From Rhodospirillales bacterium (lineage in GTDB: Bacteria; Pseudomonadota; Alphaproteobacteria; Rhodospirillales; UBA2165): 64,000 bases of DNA. Both the position numbers and the translations under genes were made by a program. The notes under the pieces were generated by a model. The model made no database searches. It saw only the letters and a program-made list of their open reading frames with translations, and was not told where the DNA came from. Positions within the stretch are counted from its first letter, which is position 1. Each line of letters opens with the position of its first letter. This document shows positions 56,934 to 64,000 of the stretch, piece by piece. Location of the stretch: assembly GCA_012960465.1 (NCBI GenBank), contig DUBF01000103.1, positions 12,839 through 76,838 of the forward strand. Direction: 5' to 3'.

Positions 56934-58787
56934 CTACTGACAAGCTAAACACTCATCATAGTCTGTTGAAATTTGATTAGATATTGGAAGGCTATAATTT
57001 TGTTTAATTGCCATCTTAACGAACCCGGCCTCTTTGGTGGAGACGTCTTCAGCTCGTTGGATTGATTTTGAACGGCAGTAATAAAGACTTTTCATACCCA
57101 GCTTCCACGCATCAAAATGAATTTGATGTAAGTCACGTTTATGGATATCGGCGGGTAAAAACACATTCACCGATTGGGCTTGATCTATATAAGGCGTCCG
57201 GTCGGCAGCAAGCTCTATGATCCAGCGCTGATCTAATTCATAGGCTGTTTTAAATACGTCTTTTTCATTTTGGTTTAGGCAATCTAAATGTTGCACGGAA
57301 CCTTCATTTACCGTTATGGAACTCCATGTTTCTTCATTATCGTAGCCTTTTTCTTTGAGTAGTTTACTCAAATGGCGGTTACGTACATTGAAAGAACCTG
57401 AGAGTGTTTTGTGCATGTAGCTATTACCGTTAATCGGTTCAATACCCGGGCTGGTGCCACCGCAGATGATTGAAATTGATGCCGTTGGTGCGATAGCTGT
57501 TTTGTTGGAAAAGCGATCTATCATCCCGTAATCAGCCGCATCCGGGCAGGCGCCGCGCTCAAGACCAATTTTTTTAGAGGCAGCATCAACGCTTTCTTGA
57601 ATAGTTCGAAATATTTTGAAATTCCATGCTTTGGCGGTGGCGCTTTCAAATGGTACCATCTTAGCTTGCAATAATGAGTGGAAGCCCATTGTACCAAGGC
57701 CAACAGAACGTTCCCTCATTGCGGCATATTTTGATTTTTCCATACTGTCAGGTGCTTGATCAATAAAATCTTGTAAAACATTATCCAGGAAACGCATGAC
57801 ATCTTCGATAAATATTGGGTTGTCTTTCCACTCATCGTATTTCTCGAGGTTGAGCGATGATAAGCAGCAAACAGCCGTTCGCTCTTTTCCCAGATGATCA
57901 ATACCGGTTGGTAAGGTAATTTCACTGCAAAGATTTGAGGTTTTAACGGTAAGGCCTGCTAATTTATGGTGCTCTGGAATTGCCTTATTAACGGTATCAG
58001 AGAAGATGAGGTACGGTTCACCTACTTCGACACGGGCCGTTAGAAGTCTAATCCATAGTGATCGTGCAGTTATTTTACGAACAGGTGACTGATCTTTAGG
58101 GCTAATCAGACCCCATTCTTCGTCGTTTTCAACGGCCCTCATGAACGCATCGCTAATTAATACACCATGATGAAGGTTAGGTGCTTTGCGATTTGGATCC
58201 CCCCCAGTTGGGCGGCGCATTTCAATGAATTCTTCGATTTCAGGATGATTAACCGGCAGATACACCGCGGCTGATCCTCGTCGTAATGAGCCTTGGCTAA
58301 TGGCCAACGTTAAAGAATCCATAACACGAATAAACGGTATTACTCCAGAGGTTTTACCCCCGGATGGTCCTACATTCTCGCCAATTGAGCGCAGGTTTCC
58401 CCAATAACTGCCAATACCCCCACCGTTTGATGCGAGCCAGACATTTTCGGTCCAAAGGTCCACAATACCATCCAAGCTATCGTTACTCTCATTTAAAAAA
58501 CATGAAATTGGTAGTCCGCGGCCTGCTCCACCATTGCTGAGAACAGGTGTAGACGCCATAAACCATAGATTACTCATATATCCGTATATGCGCTGGGCAT
58601 GTAAGTCATTATCGCCATATGTACTAGCTACACGCGCAAAAAGGTCTTGATAGCTCTCACCAGGCAGTAAATATCTATCTTTTAGTATGGCCTTCCCAAA
58701 ATCCGTAAGATTTTTATTTTGAGAGTTATCTATTTCAACTCTTGGACCCTTTGTCGTTTGGACCGAATTCAGCATATTGCCATCCAT
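56934..58787 (-). CDS. nrdA: Class I ribonucleotide reductase alpha subunit, short form without a recognisable ATP-cone
   Basis: 617 aa with the catalytic blocks SNLCSEI and TAVCCLSSLNL, and a C-terminal redox pair CLAC. The N-terminus lacks the V-x-KRDG ATP-cone signature. Confidence 0.85.
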   Translation of the reverse strand: MDGNMLNSVQTTKGPRVEIDNSQNKNLTDFGKAILKDRYLLPGESYQDLFARVASTYGDNDLHAQRIYGYMSNLWFMASTPVLSNGGAGRGLPISCFLNESNDSLDGIVDLWTENVWLASNGGGIGSYWGNLRSIGENVGPSGGKTSGVIPFIRVMDSLTLAISQGSLRRGSAAVYLPVNHPEIEEFIEMRRPTGGDPNRKAPNLHHGVLISDAFMRAVENDEEWGLISPKDQSPVRKITARSLWIRLLTARVEVGEPYLIFSDTVNKAIPEHHKLAGLTVKTSNLCSEITLPTGIDHLGKERTAVCCLSSLNLEKYDEWKDNPIFIEDVMRFLDNVLQDFIDQAPDSMEKSKYAAMRERSVGLGTMGFHSLLQAKMVPFESATAKAWNFKIFRTIQESVDAASKKIGLERGACPDAADYGMIDRFSNKTAIAPTASISIICGGTSPGIEPINGNSYMHKTLSGSFNVRNRHLSKLLKEKGYDNEETWSSITVNEGSVQHLDCLNQNEKDVFKTAYELDQRWIIELAADRTPYIDQAQSVNVFLPADIHKRDLHQIHFDAWKLGMKSLYYCRSKSIQRAEDVSTKEAGFVKMAIKQNYSLPISNQISTDYDECLACQ

Positions 58788-59110
58788 ATTATGACGTCTC
58801 CACTATTTGCTGGCATGTATTAAATTAAAAGAAAGATCCAAGTGTAGATGATGGACTAAAATAATAATCGAATACCTTTATAAACCAGTCTCCCATTCAT
58901 TTGGGTTGATATTTGAGGGCCATCTTAGACGCAACCCGATTTTTTTGCTTGTAGCGGGTTACTGCAACATAAATAATATATATTTCATTAAACATGGGGT
59001 TACCCATATAAAATCTCTAAGATATATCGGTATTGGATGATACTTCCATGTTCCAATCGGCTCTCAATCTGCTTTTTGATTTACAACATTAAATCGAAAA
59101 AGTTGATCAA

Positions 59111-59126
59111 CCACTACATATAGTAG
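59111..59126. promoter_or_regulatory. Candidate NrdR-box-like palindrome in the nrdA / gatC divergent intergenic region
   Basis: CCACTACATATAGTAG matches 12/16 positions of the remembered NrdR consensus acaCwAtATaTwGtgt, with the core CTAcATATAG. I found only one copy, and it lies 324 nt upstream of the nrdA start. Confidence 0.3.
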
Positions 59127-59340
59127 GCTATTTAAAATTAGGGTCAACAATTAGTTATCCTCTTTTGCAAATTTATTTGTATTTAACTGTTTCTTTGTAA
59201 TAATTTTTTAAAATAAAAGATAATATTAGGTGTATGTAATCCTGGTCTCTCGGCTTGCGGATAGGCCATCCCAATGGTAGTTTCCGCCCTCATTTTAAGT
59301 AACACACAAGAATCGTTGGTTTTTTTAGAGGATATGTATC

Positions 59341-59631
59341 TTGGATAGGACCACCATTATAGACATTGCTAAATTGGCGCGAATTAAAGTGTCTGAAGAT
59401 GAAACAGAAAATTTAGCTAACGAACTTACAAATATTTTTGACTGGATTGAACAGTTGAATGAAGTCGACACCGATAATGTTAATCCAATGACAAGTGTTA
59501 TTGATATGGTGATGCCAAGCCGTGTTGATGAGGTCAATGATGGCAATGATGCAGAACGCGTATTACAAAATGCACCAGACCGTCCTAATGATGGTCGCAA
59601 TTTTTATACTGTTCCAAAGGTAATCGAATAG
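59341..59631 (+). CDS. gatC: Asp/Glu-tRNA amidotransferase subunit C
   Basis: 96 aa with [13 protein letters not shown]...[12 protein letters not shown]. It has a TTG start and is followed by gatA and gatB. Confidence 0.9.
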   Translation: MDRTTIIDIAKLARIKVSEDETENLANELTNIFDWIEQLNEVDTDNVNPMTSVIDMVMPSRVDEVNDGNDAERVLQNAPDRPNDGRNFYTVPKVIE

Positions 59632-61112
59632 TGATAAACCTCAATAATTTAACCTTAACTGAAGCACGCGAAGGCTTGTCTAAAGGAGACTATACCTCCA
59701 TTGAGTTAACCAAGGCTCATATTAATGCTATTGAGGCTGCACGTGATTTAAATTCTTTTATTACTGAAACCCCCGAAGTTGCACTCGAGCGTGCTGCAGC
59801 GTCAGATGTTCGTCGGGCGAGCGGAAATGCGTTGGGCAGTATGGATGGTATCCCTATAGCAGTTAAGGATTTATTTTGTACAGAAGGTGTTCAAACAACT
59901 GCAGGCTCCCATATTTTAGAGGGGTTTACGCCCCCTTATGAATCTTCGGTTACCCAAAATTTGCGAGATGCTGGAGCTGTGATGTTAGGCAAGACCAATA
60001 TGGATGAATTTGCAATGGGATCAGCAAACATCACGAGCTATTTTGGCGCTGTCAAAAACCCTTGGTCAATAGATGATGGTAAGGATCGAGTGCCAGGGGG
60101 GTCATCGGGGGGATCAGCAGCGGCTGTCTCCGGACATTTAGCCATTGCAGCGACGGGTTCTGATACTGGCGGCTCAATCCGTCAGCCAGCTTCTTTCGCT
60201 GGGATTGTTGGTATGAAGCCAACGTATGGGCGTTGTTCGCGATGGGGTATGGTGGCGTTTGCTTCTTCTCTTGATCAAGCTGGTCCAATGACACGTACTG
60301 TTCAAGATGCGGCTATAATGTTGCGATTTATGGCAGGTTATGATGAGAAAGATTCTACTTCGGTTAATCAAACCATCCCAGATTTTGAAGCAGCTATGAC
60401 TGGAAATGTTAAAGGTCTGCGTGTAGGTATTCCTAATGAGTACCGTTTAGACGGTTTGTCTGGCGAGGTAGATAAGTTATGGATGCAGGGTGTGAATGTC
60501 TTAAAAGAAGCGGGCGCAGAGCTTATAGAGATTTCGCTGCCGCACACTAAATACGCCTTGCCAACTTATTATATTGTCGCTCCTGCTGAGGCGTCTTCAA
60601 ACCTCGCACGCTATGACGGTGTGCGGTATGGCCTCCGTATACCTGGCGATAGTCTTGATGAAATGTATGAAAACACTAGGGGAGCTGGTTTTGGAGAAGA
60701 GGTCCGCCGTCGAATTATGATTGGCACATATGTTCTTAGCGCCGGCTATTACGATGCATATTATGTCAAAGCTATGAAGTTACGAACGTTAATTTTGGAG
60801 GAATTTCAACGGGCCTTCGAAAGTGTAGATGTAATGCTGACACCAACTACTCCTTCAGCGGCTTTTGCAATTGGTGAGCGAATGGATGATCCAATCCAGA
60901 TGTATTTGAATGATGTTTTTACAGTGCCAGCGAGCCTCGCTGGTTTACCAGCGATTTCTGTGCCTTCAGGATTGTCAGAAGAAGGTTTGCCACTGGGTTT
61001 ACATTTAATTACCAAGCCGTTTGACGAGGAAACTCTTTTCCGGGTTGGCGGTGTTCTTGAGGCGGCTGTAAAATTCGAAGCAAAACCAAGATTTTTGCGG
61101 GGTCTTGCATGA
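59631..61112 (+). CDS. gatA: Asp/Glu-tRNA amidotransferase subunit A
   Basis: 493 aa with the amidase signature ([11 protein letters not shown]...[14 protein letters not shown]). The GTG start overlaps the gatC stop by 1 nt. Confidence 0.95.
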   Translation: MINLNNLTLTEAREGLSKGDYTSIELTKAHINAIEAARDLNSFITETPEVALERAAASDVRRASGNALGSMDGIPIAVKDLFCTEGVQTTAGSHILEGFTPPYESSVTQNLRDAGAVMLGKTNMDEFAMGSANITSYFGAVKNPWSIDDGKDRVPGGSSGGSAAAVSGHLAIAATGSDTGGSIRQPASFAGIVGMKPTYGRCSRWGMVAFASSLDQAGPMTRTVQDAAIMLRFMAGYDEKDSTSVNQTIPDFEAAMTGNVKGLRVGIPNEYRLDGLSGEVDKLWMQGVNVLKEAGAELIEISLPHTKYALPTYYIVAPAEASSNLARYDGVRYGLRIPGDSLDEMYENTRGAGFGEEVRRRIMIGTYVLSAGYYDAYYVKAMKLRTLILEEFQRAFESVDVMLTPTTPSAAFAIGERMDDPIQMYLNDVFTVPASLAGLPAISVPSGLSEEGLPLGLHLITKPFDEETLFRVGGVLEAAVKFEAKPRFLRGLA

Positions 61113-62560
61113 GCTATACTCTCGAAGGTGAAACAGGGGAGTGGGAAGTTGTAATTGGACTTGAAGTTCATGCTCAAATCATGTCAAAGGCTAAATTATT
61201 TTCAGGGGCGGCGACAGAATTTGGCGCTGCCCCGAATACGCAGGTTTCACTTGTCGATGCTGCCATGCCTGGAATGTTGCCTGTAATTAATAAGATTTGT
61301 ATCGAGCAAGCCGTTCGTACAGGTCTTGGTTTAAACGCAAAAATTAATTTACATTCTGTATTTGAGCGCAAGAATTATTTTTATGCTGATCTGCCACAAG
61401 GGTACCAGATTTCACAATTCCAAGAGCCAATTGTTGGTGAAGGGGTTGTAACACTTGATATGCCCGAAGGGCCTCGCAAAATAGGCCTTGAGCGCCTTCA
61501 TATGGAACAGGATGCCGGCAAGTCACTTCATGACCAGGATCCAAAGATGACCTTCATTGATCTCAATAGGTCGGGTGTTGCTTTGATGGAGATTGTTTCA
61601 AAGCCCGACTTGAGGAGCCCTGAAGAAGCGGGTGAATATGTTCGCAAATTACGCGCTATACTGCGCTACCTTGGTACTTGTGACGGAAATATGGAGCAAG
61701 GCTCGCTTCGCTGTGATGCTAATGTAAGTGTACGGCCGTTTGGAGAGACAACACTTCGTACCAGAACAGAGATAAAAAATATCAACTCTGTTCGATTTGT
61801 AATGGCAGCCATTGAACACGAGGCACGCCGCCAGATAGATATCTATGAAGATGATGGGGAAATCACCCAGGAAACAAGGCTTTATGATGCTGATAAAGAT
61901 GAAACTCGAAGTATGCGTTCTAAGGAAGAAGCCCACGATTATAGATATTTTCCAGATCCCGATTTACTTCCCATTATTCTAAACCAAGAGTTTGTTGATG
62001 ATATAAAAGCTACATTACCGGAGTTGCCTGACACAAAGAAAAGTCGTTTTATTAGTGACTTCGGTTTATCAGTTGACGATGCAACGACTTTAATTGCTGA
62101 TGTTGATGTAGCTGATTTTTTTGAATCAGTGGCAAAGTTTTCAGAGCCTAAGCTTGCGGCGAATTGGGTAGTCCATGAACTTTTCGCGATCCTCAATAGA
62201 GATGGTTTGAGTATTTTAGAAAGTCCGGTTTCTTCTGAGAACCTCGGAAAACTTGTCGGTTTAATTGCCGATAATACGATCTCTGGACGTATAGCTAAGG
62301 ATGTTTTTGAGGTTATGGTGAATGGGGGAGGGGACCCCGCGAATATAATTGAGGATAAGGGGCTTAAACAAATCACTGATACGGATGAAATAGAAAAAAT
62401 GATTGATGAGTTGATTGAAGCTAATCCAGAGCAAACGCAACAGTATAAAGATGGTAACCTTAAAGTTGCAGGCTGGTTTGTGGGTCAAATGATGAAAGCT
62501 AGCAGTGGCAAAGCAAATCCTCAGATAGTTAATATGTTACTACAAAAAAAACTTAGTTGA
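61109..62560 (+). CDS. gatB: Asp/Glu-tRNA amidotransferase subunit B
   Basis: 483 aa with [25 protein letters not shown] and a GatB_Yqey C-terminus. It overlaps gatA by 4 nt. Confidence 0.95.
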   Translation: MSYTLEGETGEWEVVIGLEVHAQIMSKAKLFSGAATEFGAAPNTQVSLVDAAMPGMLPVINKICIEQAVRTGLGLNAKINLHSVFERKNYFYADLPQGYQISQFQEPIVGEGVVTLDMPEGPRKIGLERLHMEQDAGKSLHDQDPKMTFIDLNRSGVALMEIVSKPDLRSPEEAGEYVRKLRAILRYLGTCDGNMEQGSLRCDANVSVRPFGETTLRTRTEIKNINSVRFVMAAIEHEARRQIDIYEDDGEITQETRLYDADKDETRSMRSKEEAHDYRYFPDPDLLPIILNQEFVDDIKATLPELPDTKKSRFISDFGLSVDDATTLIADVDVADFFESVAKFSEPKLAANWVVHELFAILNRDGLSILESPVSSENLGKLVGLIADNTISGRIAKDVFEVMVNGGGDPANIIEDKGLKQITDTDEIEKMIDELIEANPEQTQQYKDGNLKVAGWFVGQMMKASSGKANPQIVNMLLQKKLS

Positions 62561-62890
62561 GATCTAATTGGCGGGATCTTTAGCGGGAACACGATTTAAA
62601 TTTCCATATTTTGTTATTAAAGTTCTCCATTAGAATTAAGCTAAAGAGATATAAAGTGGAAACATTTTAATGGTTGTTCCAAATAATTTTCGTACAGTTA
62701 AGTGTTCGGAGGATTTGAATCCTTTGGCCAAATATTTTCTCCCGCAGGCATTTTGGGAATTTGGCTCTTTTGGGCTGCACTACGTTGGATCAATTGCCAG
62801 AAAGTTTAGTTTAATTCTCAATTTATCAAGGATAATTTGCATGCAAATATTAATACAGAAAAAGGTTAAATATTCAAACTGTCCCATGAT

Positions 62891-62938
62891 TATTTTATGC
62901 ATAAAATAAAATTGCATTTTAAAGTTTTATTTTATGCA
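62891..62938. repeat. AT-rich nested palindromes built on a TGCATAAAA motif
   Basis: There is a perfect 18-bp palindrome TATTTTATGCATAAAATA (62891..62908). There is also a perfect 14-bp inverted repeat TGCATAAAATAAAA (62898..62911) / TTTTATTTTATGCA (62925..62938) with a 13-nt spacer that itself contains TGCATTTT. Confidence 0.6.
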
Positions 62939-63055
62939 GTTTTATTTGGTATGCTTGCGTACGGCTTTGTGCAGTTGGGGATGGTATTGCACAGGCAATT
63001 TCTATAATTTTATTATCTAATCTCCACCCGAATAACAGGTGTCTTTCTATATACT

Positions 63056-63955
63056 ATGGAAGCTTGGATAATTTTCACTGTTGCGGCAGCCTTTTTGCAA
63101 AATTTGCGCAATGGGATGCAAAAATCACTTAATTCTATCCTTTCAACAACGGGAGCGGCTTATACACGCTTTGCTTTTGGATTGCCTTTGGCTTTCGTTT
63201 ATTGGATCGTTCTATATTATCTATCGGACGATCAACTGAATTGGGGTTGGGTTTTCTGGGTATACGCATTCGTCGGGGGTGTCGCGCAAGTCCTGGCAAT
63301 GGTGTCGTTGTTGCGTTCTTTTGCTTTACGAGGATTTGCTGTCGGTACCGCATATGCAAAAACTGAAACGCTACTGACTGCCATATTTACCGTAATTCTT
63401 CTCGGCGAAAAAGTATCTGGTCAAGTATTGATAGCAATTATAATAAGTCTCGTCGGTGTTTTTTTATTATCTAGTGCAAAGTCTGGTACCCGACTTCAGG
63501 ATATTTTATTTTCTTGGACTGAGCGGGCTGCGCTTTATGGCTTGGCCTCAGCATGTTTATTAGGATTATCGGCGGTTTCATATAGAGGTGCCGCATTATC
63601 GATGGATGGAGAAGGTGCATTATTACCAGCTGCTTCAACTCTTCTGGTGGCACTTACAATCCAGACAACATTGATGTCTGTTTATCTCGTATTTTATGAA
63701 AAGGGTGAACTTGTGAAGGTCTGGGAAAACCGTAGAAAAGCTGCTGCCGTTGGGCTCGCAAGTATGTTAGGTAGTGTTGGCTGGTTCACTGCGATGACTT
63801 TGCAAAATGCGGCCTATGTTAGGGCGCTTGGTCAAGTAGAGTTAATATTTACGTTTTTAACGTCAGTATTGATATTCCGTGAACGTATTGCCAAAGCTGA
63901 AATTGGCGGTACCTTGCTTATAGTTGGTGGAGTATTAATTCTATTGGTGGAATAA
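63056..63955 (+). CDS. EamA/DMT-superfamily transporter
   Basis: 299 aa with about ten predicted TM helices in the two-fold EamA-like arrangement. Confidence 0.75.
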   Translation: MEAWIIFTVAAAFLQNLRNGMQKSLNSILSTTGAAYTRFAFGLPLAFVYWIVLYYLSDDQLNWGWVFWVYAFVGGVAQVLAMVSLLRSFALRGFAVGTAYAKTETLLTAIFTVILLGEKVSGQVLIAIIISLVGVFLLSSAKSGTRLQDILFSWTERAALYGLASACLLGLSAVSYRGAALSMDGEGALLPAASTLLVALTIQTTLMSVYLVFYEKGELVKVWENRRKAAAVGLASMLGSVGWFTAMTLQNAAYVRALGQVELIFTFLTSVLIFRERIAKAEIGGTLLIVGGVLILLVE

Positions 63956-64000
63956 GAATTGGAATAATGTGCATATGAACTGCTAATATGGATTTTTATA

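Noticed and set aside
58788-59340. Possible cobalamin riboswitch in the long nrdA leader
   Set aside because: I found no B12-box-like sequence (rAGYCMGgAgaCCkGCc) or GGTGAAA-type conserved blocks on the minus strand. Only a weak GGGAGACTGG resemblance is present.
61939-62376. 145-aa ORF on the minus strand, plus other short antisense ORFs inside gatA/gatB (60052..60294, 60806..61177, 61649..61936)
   Set aside because: All lie inside the strongly supported gatA/gatB reading frames and have shadow-frame composition.
62670-62909. 79-aa plus-strand ORF in the gatB-EamA intergenic region
   Set aside because: It has an odd Cys/Ile/Phe-rich composition and no RBS. Its 3' end is formed by the AT-rich palindrome, so it is more likely non-coding.
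1-64000. Search for CRISPR arrays, IS elements, integrases, prophage or toxin-antitoxin/defence modules
   Set aside because: I saw no direct-repeat/spacer periodicity, no transposase- or integrase-like ORFs, no terminal inverted repeats flanking a gene block, and no recognisable defence-domain proteins in any frame.

Overview
This is a densely coding, AT-rich chromosomal segment (about 40% GC by eye). Its housekeeping gene order looks alphaproteobacterial: dsbA-like/DUF721/mutY, ispE-TPR, ETF-QO/UDG, purA-hisZ, and gatCAB ... ruvX-pyrB-pyrC'-plsY-topA-rnr ... rpmG. I can support about 60 CDS, one tRNA-Gln(UUG), one decayed response-regulator pseudogene, one clear intrinsic terminator and a few candidate regulatory repeats. 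I saw no rRNA, CRISPR array, IS or transposase, integrase, phage genes or recognisable defence system. The accessory content is of three kinds. (1) An approximately 18 kb block (15.9-33.5 kb) with no regulator gene holds a CoxMSL-like molybdenum hydroxylase, a TRAP transporter and many small catabolic enzymes. (2) Several orphan or unusual proteins are present: a flagellin-architecture protein with a PPC-domain insert, a tail-anchored pseudokinase paired with a 4-TM protein, a signal-less DctP-like binding protein translationally coupled to a secreted Cys-rich protein, and a small tandem-repeat protein. (3) There are signs of reductive evolution: a divK-like pseudogene with pleD absent, no dprA between plsY and topA, a non-catalytic PyrC', and no intact transcription factor in the 64 kb. 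All functional calls rest on reading the supplied translations and my own translation of short regions against remembered family motifs. No database search was run.
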